A stretch of DNA of 64,000 nucleotides, from positions 4,044 through 68,043 of the forward strand of contig JAPYOI010000062.1 in NCBI GenBank assembly GCA_028278755.1, read 5' to 3'. Shown here piece by piece: positions 38,817-47,276 of the stretch; the stretch's first letter is position 1, and each line of letters opens with the position of its first letter. The DNA comes from Candidatus Poriferisodalis multihospitum. GTDB lineage: Bacteria; Actinomycetota; Acidimicrobiia; Acidimicrobiales; Poriferisodalaceae. Position numbers and translations under genes: made by a program. Under the pieces are notes generated by a model. The model was not told the DNA's origin, searched no databases, and worked only from the letters and a program-made list of their open reading frames with translations.

Positions 38817-39188
38817 TCAGCTGACGGTCTGGTCCACCTCGTCACGCTCGGCATAGAAGCTCATCAGACCGGCGATCTCGGCCATCTCGGGGATCGGATC
38901 GGGATAGGACCACACGATGTCCTCATAGCTCTGACCCTTGACTGCTACTGACCAGTAGCTGGCATCGCCCTTCCACGGTCAATGAGTGGACAGCACAGTC
39001 GGGTGCAGCAACTCCATCTTCACGTCTGAAACCGGCAGGTAGTGGCGCGGCGGGAGCCGTCCTTCGGTCAGCACCAGAGCCGAGGTCGAATCGGCCACGA
39101 CCACGCCGCCAACCCGGACGGTAACCCGCCCTGGCTCCTGCAAAACCGAAATCTCGGGCTTGCGATGTTCAGTTGCCGTCTCGCTCAT
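38817..39188 (-). CDS. DUF427 domain protein with in-frame TGA (38981..38979, codon 70): candidate selenoprotein
   Basis: Translation is MSETATEHRKPEISVLQEPGRVTVRVGGVVVADSTSALVLTEGRLPPRHYLPVSDVKMELLHPTVLSTH-TGA-PWKGDASYWSVAVKGQSYEDIVWSYPDPIPEMAEIAGLMSFYAERDEVDQTVS. The TGA falls on the conserved Cys of the DUF427 ..CP(Y/F/W)KGxAxY.. motif. The frame stays open for 53 codons after it. SD AAGGGGAG precedes ATG 39188. Confidence 0.7.
38944..38959 (-). promoter_or_regulatory. candidate SECIS hairpin for the DUF427 UGA
   Basis: The mRNA reads GCUACU-GGUC-AGUAGC, a perfect 6-bp stem starting 19 nt after the UGA. The GGUC apical loop is the same as the SelB-binding loop of the E. coli fdhF SECIS. 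Confidence 0.5.
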
Positions 39189-39293
39189 CAGCGCTCCCCT
39201 TCGTCGGCAGCGTGTCGCTGCAGGCCACATCATGGCACTGCGCTCACTGACGATGATGCGTTCGCTGCGCCGGGCGCCCTGATCGAGCACAGA

Positions 39294-39902
39294 TCAGTTG
39301 ATGATCTTGAGGCCGAGCAATTCGCACAGATAGGGATGCTGGCTGCGGATGCGGTCCTCCACTGCGTCCATCCTCGTGTCGTCGTTCAGTGCCTGCAGCA
39401 GCAGGAGCTCGAATGCCGGCAGTTCCAGGCTGCCGCCGACCCGCTCGAGGAAGCCGATCACCGCGGCGGCGCCGGATCGCTCCTGGAATCGCCGCAGGGC
39501 CGCGTCGTCGGTGCCCATGATCTCGCACGAGCTGAAATAGATGATCCGACCGCCGGCCCGCCCATCGAGCACGTCGGCGAGTTCCTCCAGGGTCACCTTG
39601 GCGGAGCCGCTCAGCCAGAGCTCTCCAGGTTTGCCGTGAAATCCGAAGTGCCCGATCTGATAGTCGCAGTAGCGCTGCTCTGTCCATTTGCGGACGTAGT
39701 AGAAGAGCTCGGGCGCGGTGCCGATGTCGCGCCGGATGAACTTCAGGCCGCTGAGCTCGCGGACGGTCTGCAGGAGCGTGGCCACGCCGAACTGCTGGCG
39801 GAGATCCGCATCGGAGTCGTCGCCTTCAAATGCGAAGACTCCTGTGGCGAGCCGCCGTGACACCCTGCCGCCCGGAGCAACCGCTGGCACACCCTTTGCC
39901 AT
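39294..39902 (-). CDS. hypothetical protein with caspase/CHAT-like His...Cys pattern
   Basis: 202-aa ORF. ..YQIGHFGFHGKPGEL.. and ..GRIIYFSSCEIMG.. resemble the beta-strand-His-Gly and beta-strand-Cys dyad of the clan CD peptidase fold. GC looks lower than in neighbouring genes. It lies directly next to tRNA-Pro. Confidence 0.6.
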   Translation of the reverse strand: MAKGVPAVAPGGRVSRRLATGVFAFEGDDSDADLRQQFGVATLLQTVRELSGLKFIRRDIGTAPELFYYVRKWTEQRYCDYQIGHFGFHGKPGELWLSGSAKVTLEELADVLDGRAGGRIIYFSSCEIMGTDDAALRRFQERSGAAAVIGFLERVGGSLELPAFELLLLQALNDDTRMDAVEDRIRSQHPYLCELLGLKIIN

Positions 39903-39916
39903 GACAAACCCCGCTG

Positions 39917-39994
39917 TGGTCGGGCTGAGAGGATTTGAACCTCCGACCCCTGGTCCCCCAGACCAGTGCGCTAACCAGACTGCGCCACAGCCCG
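39917..39994 (-). tRNA. tRNA-Pro (anticodon GGG), CCA end encoded
   Basis: Reverse complement is CGGGCTG-TG-GCGC-AGTCTGGTTA-GCGC-A-CTGGT-CTGGGGG-ACCAG-GGGTC-GGAGG-TTCAAAT-CCTCT-CAGCCCG-A-CCA. This gives a perfect cloverleaf, a TTCAAAT T-loop and anticodon loop C-U-GGG-G-G. Confidence 0.95.
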
Positions 39995-40047
39995 TTCCGC
40001 AGGCACGATACCGGCTGGGTTGAATGGACAGTTCAACGTCGAGCCGC

Positions 40048-40293
40048 TCAACTGATGACGCCGGCGAACCACTGAATCAGCCACACGACGCCTTCGACCG
40101 CACGCCAGCCCAAGTACACGGTCGCCATGATGACGACGAGCCAGAAGTGCCACGGCGCCCCCGAACGCCGCTCCTGGGCCTGGTCGCTTTCGCTGCTCCT
40201 GCGCCTGCCGGGATGACGAGGTCCGTCTGGAAGCGGGCGGCGATTCTGCCGCTGGGCGGTCGAGGCCGCTCCGCGTCTGGCCAGCGGCCTCAT
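40048..40293 (-). CDS. small hypothetical membrane protein (uncertain)
   Basis: The ATG overlaps the der stop (ATGA). The N-terminus is Arg-rich, followed by one clear TM segment (WHFWLVVIMATVYLGW..VVWLIQWFAGV). Confidence 0.35.
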   Translation of the reverse strand: MRPLARRGAASTAQRQNRRPLPDGPRHPGRRRSSESDQAQERRSGAPWHFWLVVIMATVYLGWRAVEGVVWLIQWFAGVIS

Positions 40294-41681
40294 CGTCGGC
40301 GCACTCGCAGTTTGAGCGGCGTCTTCGCTAGGCCCAGCTCTTCGCGCAAGCGGCGCTCAAGATATCGCAGGTAGGTAGCTGGGAGCTCCCGGTTGGCGAA
40401 CAGCGTGAACGTCGGCGGCTGCGTTGCGGCTTGGGTGGCGTACAGCACCCGTGCTCCGCCTGGCGCCGGCTGTGCGGACTGCGCGAGCTGGACGATCTCG
40501 TTCACCTTGGCAGTCGGCGCTCTCGATTCGTATGCCTCCATCGCGGCAGAGACTGCGGGCACCAGCCGATGCACGCCCCGACCCGTCAGCGCGCTGATGC
40601 GCAACACGGGTGATTCGCCGACGAAGTGCAGGCGACGCGCCAGCTCTCCTAAGACGCCTTCACGATGCTCGGCATCCAGTGTCTCCCATTTGTTGAGCAG
40701 CACCACGATCGGACAGCCAGCAGCGTCGATGCGCTCGGCGAGACGCTGGTCCTGTGCCGTCACTCCTTCAGTGGCGTCGATGACCAGCAGCGACACGTCG
40801 CAGGCATCGATGGCCCGCAGTGCCCGCAAGTTGGCGTAGTACTCAGTGTCCGCGTCCACCCGGGCCTTGCGGCGCATGCCCGCGGTGTCCACGAACCGCA
40901 CCGGGCCCGCCTCGGTTTCCACAAGGGTGTCGATGCTGTCGCGGGTCGTGCCGGGCCGGTCGTGGACGACCGACCGTTCGTCGCCGATGAGCCGGTTGAA
41001 CAGTGTCGACTTGCCGACATTGGGCCGGCCTACGATCGCCACTGCGGGCACGGCCGCTTCGCCCTCGACGAGGGCCTCGCTGTCGCTGATGGATTCGTCA
41101 CGGTCTGGCGTCGCCCTCTCGGCAGCACTCGCGACTGCGTCGAGGCGGCCGGGACAGCTGCCGGAGTCGGCGTCTGAATCAAGGTCGAACAACTCCAGCA
41201 CGCGATCGAGCACATCGCCGACGTTGCGGCCATGCAGGGCGGACACGGCCCAGGCTTCGCCAAGCCCCAGGCGGTTGAACTCCCACCGGCCATCATCACG
41301 GGCCCCGCTGTCGGCCATGTTGGCAACCACCAGAGTCGGCCGGCCGCTGCGGCGCAGCATGGCGGCGATACGAGCGTCGGGCTCGGTGATGCCGACAGTG
41401 ACATCCACTACCAGCAGCAGCACGTCGGCGTCGCCCATCGCGCGCTCGCTCTGCTCGGACACCTTGTTGTCGAGCGTGTCGCCGTCTGCAGACCACCCGC
41501 CGGTGTCCACCACGACGAAAGGGTGCCCTCGCCAAGCGGCCTCGGCCGCCTTGCGGTCGCGCGTCACGCCGGGCTCGGGCGCCACCACGGCATCGCGACG
41601 CCCCACGAGCCGGTTGAACAGCGTGGACTTGCCGACGTTGGGCCGTCCCACGATGCCGACGACGGGCAGACCGACGTTCAT
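40290..41681 (-). CDS. der: ribosome-biogenesis GTPase Der (EngA), two GTPase domains
   Basis: VVGIVGRPNVGKSTLFNRL and a second VAIVGRPNVGKSTLFNRL P-loop, ..DTGG/DTAG.., NKWE/.. motifs, KH-like C-terminus. ATG 41681 overlaps the upstream stop (ATGA). Confidence 0.9.
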   Translation of the reverse strand: MNVGLPVVGIVGRPNVGKSTLFNRLVGRRDAVVAPEPGVTRDRKAAEAAWRGHPFVVVDTGGWSADGDTLDNKVSEQSERAMGDADVLLLVVDVTVGITEPDARIAAMLRRSGRPTLVVANMADSGARDDGRWEFNRLGLGEAWAVSALHGRNVGDVLDRVLELFDLDSDADSGSCPGRLDAVASAAERATPDRDESISDSEALVEGEAAVPAVAIVGRPNVGKSTLFNRLIGDERSVVHDRPGTTRDSIDTLVETEAGPVRFVDTAGMRRKARVDADTEYYANLRALRAIDACDVSLLVIDATEGVTAQDQRLAERIDAAGCPIVVLLNKWETLDAEHREGVLGELARRLHFVGESPVLRISALTGRGVHRLVPAVSAAMEAYESRAPTAKVNEIVQLAQSAQPAPGGARVLYATQAATQPPTFTLFANRELPATYLRYLERRLREELGLAKTPLKLRVRRR

Positions 41682-43348
41682 CGCGAGACACCTGCTGGGT
41701 GAGTTGCAGTGCCGCGCGCCGGAGCCGCATCGGACTGGGCTGAGGCCGAAGCGTCGAGCAGTTCCCGCAGGGCGCCGCCGTTGGTGGGGATGACCTCGAC
41801 GAGCCGGGGCAGCTCGGCGGGTGTCATGCCGTCGAGGAACTTCCCGCCCGACAGGCAGACATCGGGCAGCAGGTAGCGATGCTCGACCGGCTCGGCGGCC
41901 AACACCGCGGCGATGTCGACGCCGGCGAGCAAGCCAGTCACGCCGATGTTGCCGCCGAAGAACCGGTTGGGCACTTCGATGACCCGTGCGCGAGGCGCAC
42001 TCCCCTTCTGTTGGGACGTGGCATGGGCGTGCCACTGACTCACCAGGGGTGCCAGCACGGCAGCTCCGTAGCTGCCCGTCAGGATCCCGATGCGCTGCCT
42101 GGCGGGCTCGCCGTCGGTCGGGTGGATCGTTCGGGAAGGGCCATGACGGGGTGATCCCCGCAGTGTCACGGCCACTGGTGTCGACGTCGGCCCGCGACTG
42201 AGCGGCAACCCATCGACGTCGATCTCGCCGCTGCGGTTTGCGCCATGTCCGGGCATCCGCACTGCGCGGTAGCCTTCCGCCGGCGCCCCGTCCACCCACG
42301 AGAAGAATCCTGCGGCCGGCGCGCGCTGCCTGATGTCCCCGTTGGGCATGCCCGCACCGGCGGCCCAGAACTCCCGCTCGAACGCCCTCGCCATGCCGAT
42401 GCCGTCCTCGTGCATCGGGAAGTCGCCGTAGGTTTCGGCCGCAGGAAAGGGTCGGTCGGCGAGCAGGTAGTACTCATCCGCAGCGAACACCAGACGGCGA
42501 CCGAGCACCTCCACACAACGCTGCTGCCATCCCTCGCAGAGGTCCACGACTGCCGCCGCTTCCGCCGCAGTGTGAGGGCGCATGGCCGGCTCCCGCTGGT
42601 GAGCGCTGACCCCCAGCGGTACCACCGCCAACGTGGCCAACGACGGGTAGCGGTCGAGCACGCCTGCCAGCGTGCCGGCCAGCACCTGCCCGTCGTTCAC
42701 GCCCGGGCACACCACCACCTGGCCGTGAACCTCGATGCCGCCATCGAGCAACGCGCTCAGCCAGCGCAGGCTTGTCGCGCCACGCGGATTGCGGAGCATC
42801 CGAGCCCGCACCGCTGGATCGGTGGCATGAATCGACACATACAGCGGTGACAAGCGCTCGTCCAGCACCCGTTCGAGATCCAGCTCGGTGAAACGGGTAA
42901 GCGTCGTGAAATTGCCATACAGGAACGACAGCCGGTAGTCGTCGTCCTTGAGATAGAGGCTCCGGCGCAGCCCCGGCGGCAGCTGATAGATGAAGCAGAA
43001 CTCGCAGTGGTTGTCACAGGTCTGCACCCGGTCGAAGATCGCGGCATGCACCTCGGCGCCGAGCGGGACGCCGGCGTCTTTCGGTATGTCCATGGCAATC
43101 TCGTGCCCGTCGCGCAGCACGGCCAGCGTGGGATCGGCCTCATCGAGCAGCAACTGCCAGGCGATCACGTCGGTCGGAGCAACACCGGAGATCGACACCA
43201 CCTCGTCGCCAGGGGCCAGCCCGGCGATCTCGGCCGCCGAGCCGGGCTCCACCGCCACCACAACCGGCCGGTGGCCGGAGGGCGCGCGGACGGGCTCACG
43301 TCCTCGTTGCTCGGCCATCATTTCCCGCTCTTGTTCGCTATCGCTCAC
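41678..43348 (-). CDS. radical SAM protein with PDZ and DUF512 domains
   Basis: PDZ-like ..VEPGSAAEIAGLAPGDEVVSISG.., CDNHCEFC (CxxxCxxC) cluster, ..LYVSIHATDP.. and a DUF512-like C-terminus. Translationally coupled to der. Confidence 0.8.
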   Translation of the reverse strand: MSDSEQEREMMAEQRGREPVRAPSGHRPVVVAVEPGSAAEIAGLAPGDEVVSISGVAPTDVIAWQLLLDEADPTLAVLRDGHEIAMDIPKDAGVPLGAEVHAAIFDRVQTCDNHCEFCFIYQLPPGLRRSLYLKDDDYRLSFLYGNFTTLTRFTELDLERVLDERLSPLYVSIHATDPAVRARMLRNPRGATSLRWLSALLDGGIEVHGQVVVCPGVNDGQVLAGTLAGVLDRYPSLATLAVVPLGVSAHQREPAMRPHTAAEAAAVVDLCEGWQQRCVEVLGRRLVFAADEYYLLADRPFPAAETYGDFPMHEDGIGMARAFEREFWAAGAGMPNGDIRQRAPAAGFFSWVDGAPAEGYRAVRMPGHGANRSGEIDVDGLPLSRGPTSTPVAVTLRGSPRHGPSRTIHPTDGEPARQRIGILTGSYGAAVLAPLVSQWHAHATSQQKGSAPRARVIEVPNRFFGGNIGVTGLLAGVDIAAVLAAEPVEHRYLLPDVCLSGGKFLDGMTPAELPRLVEVIPTNGGALRELLDASASAQSDAAPARGTATHPAGVSR

Positions 43349-43434
43349 GGGCCGCTCGGGCCACGGCTTCGCCTTTCGGCTCAGCCTCAGGGTTCAGGAT
43401 AGGAACCTCTCACACCGTCGGTAGCGTCACAGCC

Positions 43435-44478
43435 GTGGCTGTGGACCGGGTGCTGCTGGCGGCGCCCCGTGGCTTCTGCGCCGGCGTCGAAATGGCCATC
43501 AAGGCGCTCGCCTGGCTCGTTCGCTCATTCCCGGCGCCGGTGTACTGCTACCACGAGATCGTCCACAACCGCCTCGTGGTGGATCGATTCGAGCGACTCG
43601 GCGTGGTGTTCGTCGACGACGTCGCCGAAGTGCCGCCCGGCCGGCCGCTCATGCTCTCAGCGCACGGCTCGGCACCCGATGTCGTCGCCGAGGCCCGGCG
43701 GCGCGGCGGCTACGTGGTGGACGCCGTCTGCCCCTTGGTGACCAAGGTGCACCACGAGGTCCGCGTACGTGCCGGCAAGGGCTTCAGGGTGGTCTATGTA
43801 GGCCACGAAGGCCATGACGAGGCGGTCGGGACGATGGCGGTGGCGCCCGAGTCGATCTCACTGGTCTCGGAACCTGCCGATGTCGACTTGCTCGACGACA
43901 CCGACGCACCCGTGGCTGTGCTGGCCCAGACCACGCTCAGCCACCGCGACTGGTCCGACGTTGCCGAAGCCGCAAAGGATCGCTTCGGCGACGTCTGGAT
44001 GCCGGGTCGCTCCGACTTGTGCTTCGCCACGACCAATCGGCAAAGCGCACTGGCCGAGATCGCTGCGGCCTGTGACGCCGTGGTCGTCATCGGCTCAGCG
44101 AACTCGTCGAACACCATGGCATTGGCCAAGGTGGCAGCGGAGTCAGGCTGCGAGCGCGTGCTGCGGGTGAACGCCGCCGCTGAGCTGCCCGACGACCTGC
44201 GCGGCACGGTAGGAGTCACCGCCGGGGCTTCCGCGCCGGAAGAGCTCGTGGATGCGGTGATCGCACGCCTGGCGCCCGCTGGGGGCACTACCGAGGTGAC
44301 GATCACCGACGAGGACGAGTACTTCCCCCCGCCGCGAGAGCTGCGCGACCTGCTGGATGCCATGGAGGCCGCCGTTCATGCCAGCCTCGCCGTGCCGCCA
44401 CGGGCACGACTGGGCGCGGTTGACAGGACGACGGCGGCGAGCGGTGTCCTCGCCACGCTCGTCACCACGGAGTACTGA
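43435..44478 (+). CDS. ispH: 4-hydroxy-3-methylbut-2-enyl diphosphate reductase
   Basis: ..APRGFCAGVEMAI.., ..YHEIVHN.., ..DAVCPLVTKVH.., ..TTNRQ.. , ..VIGSANSSNT.. are IspH/LytB signatures. Confidence 0.9.
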   Translation: MAVDRVLLAAPRGFCAGVEMAIKALAWLVRSFPAPVYCYHEIVHNRLVVDRFERLGVVFVDDVAEVPPGRPLMLSAHGSAPDVVAEARRRGGYVVDAVCPLVTKVHHEVRVRAGKGFRVVYVGHEGHDEAVGTMAVAPESISLVSEPADVDLLDDTDAPVAVLAQTTLSHRDWSDVAEAAKDRFGDVWMPGRSDLCFATTNRQSALAEIAAACDAVVVIGSANSSNTMALAKVAAESGCERVLRVNAAAELPDDLRGTVGVTAGASAPEELVDAVIARLAPAGGTTEVTITDEDEYFPPPRELRDLLDAMEAAVHASLAVPPRARLGAVDRTTAASGVLATLVTTEY

Positions 44479-44493
44479 GACGACGCAGAGTCT

Positions 44494-45189
44494 TCAGCGC
44501 AGGTTGGGGGTGCCGACGGCGGCTTGGGCTTGGTCGTAGAGCGCCTGAATACGCTCGCGCAGCTCCTCGGTGAGCTCGCGTATCGCTCGTCGCGATGCCC
44601 GGCCACTCGGTCCCAGCGGCGGTGGGTCCAGCGGCTCGCCGACGATGAACTTGATCCGGCGGGGGTACATGAACTTGGCGCCTCTCGGCATGGCTGCGGC
44701 AGTTCCGCCAATGCCGACGGGCACGATCGGGACTTGCGCCCGCGCCGCCAGGTACACGGGCCCGTCCATGAGCGGCAGCACCCGCGGGCCGTCCTTGCGC
44801 TCGCCCTCGCCGAACATCACCACCGGCCCGTCGCCATGGGTCAGGGCATCCAGCGCGGTCCGCAGCGCAGCCCGATCGGGTGCGTCGCGGTTCACCGGGA
44901 AGCAGCCGATCGTCGTGAAAAGCCAGCCCGGAAAGCGGTACTTCCACATCGAGTCCTTGCCCATGACGCGCATCCGGGCAGGTATCGCTGCATGGATCGG
45001 CGTGTCGATGTAGCTGCGATGGTTGGGCACCCATACGCACGGGCCATCGGGCAGGTTCGCCAGCCCGTCGACCGAGATACGGTTCCACGCCCGGAAGACG
45101 CCCCAGATCGCGTACTTCATGATCCTGTAGACGGCCATGTTGAGCGGCCCGTCGCGCAGATCGGTCTCGGGTCCGTCGGGTCCGCTCAT
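44494..45189 (-). CDS. plsC: 1-acyl-sn-glycerol-3-phosphate acyltransferase
   Basis: ..VPNHRSYIDTP (HxxxxD) and a ..FGEGER.. second motif. Confidence 0.85.
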   Translation of the reverse strand: MSGPDGPETDLRDGPLNMAVYRIMKYAIWGVFRAWNRISVDGLANLPDGPCVWVPNHRSYIDTPIHAAIPARMRVMGKDSMWKYRFPGWLFTTIGCFPVNRDAPDRAALRTALDALTHGDGPVVMFGEGERKDGPRVLPLMDGPVYLAARAQVPIVPVGIGGTAAAMPRGAKFMYPRRIKFIVGEPLDPPPLGPSGRASRRAIRELTEELRERIQALYDQAQAAVGTPNLR

Positions 45190-47276
45190 CGGCCCTGAAC
45201 CGAGCTGGGGCGGATCGGGGCCTGGAGCCCGGCTGCACGGCGGTACAACTCGGCGATCGTCGCGACGGCCTCATGCTGGGACAGCTCGCTCGTATCGACA
45301 ATGACCGCTCGGGGTGCCACCTGCAGCGGCGAGTCGGCCCTGCCAGAGTCGAGCCGATCCCGCTCGCTCAACTCCGCGGCCAAAGCTGCGACAGCTCCGT
45401 CGTCGTGACTCGCATCGTCGACGCCGCCCGCCGAGTCGGCCTGCTGGGCGAGGCGACGGCGGGCGCGCTCCGCAGGTGCAGCAGTGAGGAATACCTTCAG
45501 CAGAGCGTCAGGGAACACCACGCTGCCGATGTCGCGGCCCTCCATCACCCCCCCGCCGACGAGGCTCGCCCAGTCGCGCTGGCGTCGGGTCAGCACCCAC
45601 CGCACCTGCGGGTTGGCAGCAACGACGCTGACGTTGCGATCCACCTCTGCGCTGCGTATCGCCGCCGTGGCATCGGCACCGTCCACGGTCACGCGCTGGG
45701 CGTCGCTCACGGTGGAAATCTGGATATCGGCATTGCGGGCAATGCTCGCCACCGCTGTGAGGTCGGCGAGATCGACTCCAGCTTGCAAGGCCGCCCACGC
45801 CACGGCCCGGTACATCGCGCCCGTGTCGAGGTAGTCCATCTCGAGCTCGCCGGCGACGGCTCGAGCCACGCTGGACTTGCCGGAGGCGGCGGGACCGTCG
45901 ATCGCGATCACCGTCACCTGCGACTCCGGGACTGGTTCCGGCGAGCCCCGCAGCGCCTCGATGACATCGAAGAAGTCGGGGAACGTCTTGGCGACGCAAT
46001 CGGGATCGTCGATGTCGATCCCGGCCACACGCAGGCCCATCAGCGACATCGCCATCGCCATGCGGTGATCGCCGTGACAGTCCACCAGACCCGCTCGAAG
46101 CCCGAAGGGATTCGCGTGGATGGTGATGCCGTCGTGCTCGGCCACGGCGTCGACGCCGCGCTTGACGAGCTCGGTCGCCGTGTTGCCGATGCGGTCGGTC
46201 TCCTTGCGGCGGATGAAGCCGATGCCGCCGATGGAGGTCGTGCCCTCGGCGAACGCTGCCACCGCAGCCAGTGTCTGGGCGGTATCGGAGAAGTCGCGCA
46301 AGTCGAATGAGCCTGCCTGCAACGCTCCGCTCGGCGGCCTACCGACCGCTATGGCGTCGTCGCTGACGGTGACGTCCGCTCCCATCTCGCCTAGGACCTC
46401 AGCGAATCGCACGTCGCCTTGGATGCTGTGGCTGCCGAGCCCTTCGACACGCACCTCGCCGCCGCACAGCGCCGCCGCGGCCCAGACGTAGCTCGCAGCG
46501 GAGGCATCCGGCTCGATCACGTAATCGGCGGCCCGGTAATGGCCCTCGGTCACGACGAAGCGGTCGGCACTCGGGACGGTCACGATGGCGCCAAAGGCCT
46601 CCATGACCGCCACCGTCATGTCGATGTACGGGCGGCTGACGGCGTCGAATTCGGAATCGATCTCCACATGAATGCCGCCACGCAGGGGGCCGGCAAGCAG
46701 CAGACCGCTCGCGTACTGGCTGGAAGCATCGGCCCTGATTCTGATATGGCGCAGGGCGGCAGCGTCATCGTCGGCGGGCGCCGACGACACCTGGACCGGC
46801 AAGCAGCCGTGCTCGCCCAGCTCGTGCACTCTGGCACCCAGCGAGCGCTGCGCCGCCAGCAGGTCATCCTGGGGACGTGCCCGCAGCTGGGGGTCCCCGT
46901 CGAGCAGCCAGCGGCCGCCGAGAGCTGCGACCACGGGCAGGATGAAGCGGGCTGTCGTTCCTGATGAACGCGCGTGCACCATGACCGGCTCATCTGGCGA
47001 ACTGGGGAAGCGAGATTGCGCACCGCCGATGCCATCGATGACAAGCCGACGTTTGCCGCGATTCACCCGCACTACCGCACCGAGGGCAGTGACGGCTTCG
47101 ATCATTGCATCGGTGTCATCTGCGAACAGAACTCCGTCGAGCGTGCTGCGTCCGGTGGCCAAGGCCGCGCACAGCACGGCCCTGTTCGTGATGCTCTTGG
47201 AACCCGGCAGCAGCGCCGTGCCCGACGCACCGTTGGTGAAAGGGTCGATGACCCCGATGACCCGACCTGCGCTCAT
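45186..47276 (-). CDS. aroA-cmk: bifunctional 3-phosphoshikimate 1-carboxyvinyltransferase / cytidylate kinase fusion
   Basis: The N-terminal ~430 aa are EPSP synthase (LPGSKSITNRAVL.., ..DHRMAMA..). The C-terminal ~250 aa are cytidylate kinase (VIAIDGPAASGKSSVAR..LDTGAMYRA..). It is a single uninterrupted 696-codon frame. Confidence 0.85.
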   Translation of the reverse strand: MSAGRVIGVIDPFTNGASGTALLPGSKSITNRAVLCAALATGRSTLDGVLFADDTDAMIEAVTALGAVVRVNRGKRRLVIDGIGGAQSRFPSSPDEPVMVHARSSGTTARFILPVVAALGGRWLLDGDPQLRARPQDDLLAAQRSLGARVHELGEHGCLPVQVSSAPADDDAAALRHIRIRADASSQYASGLLLAGPLRGGIHVEIDSEFDAVSRPYIDMTVAVMEAFGAIVTVPSADRFVVTEGHYRAADYVIEPDASAASYVWAAAALCGGEVRVEGLGSHSIQGDVRFAEVLGEMGADVTVSDDAIAVGRPPSGALQAGSFDLRDFSDTAQTLAAVAAFAEGTTSIGGIGFIRRKETDRIGNTATELVKRGVDAVAEHDGITIHANPFGLRAGLVDCHGDHRMAMAMSLMGLRVAGIDIDDPDCVAKTFPDFFDVIEALRGSPEPVPESQVTVIAIDGPAASGKSSVARAVAGELEMDYLDTGAMYRAVAWAALQAGVDLADLTAVASIARNADIQISTVSDAQRVTVDGADATAAIRSAEVDRNVSVVAANPQVRWVLTRRQRDWASLVGGGVMEGRDIGSVVFPDALLKVFLTAAPAERARRRLAQQADSAGGVDDASHDDGAVAALAAELSERDRLDSGRADSPLQVAPRAVIVDTSELSQHEAVATIAELYRRAAGLQAPIRPSSVQGR

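Noticed and set aside
39189-39296. Possible read-through of the TGA stop (39296..39294) of the 202-aa gene into the DUF427 ORF, which is in the same frame.
   Set aside because: The intervening ~100 nt translate to an Arg-rich, non-protein-like stretch (..SVLDQGARRSERIIVSERSAMMWPAATRCRRRGAL..). The DUF427 gene has its own SD and ATG at 39188. No hairpin follows that TGA.
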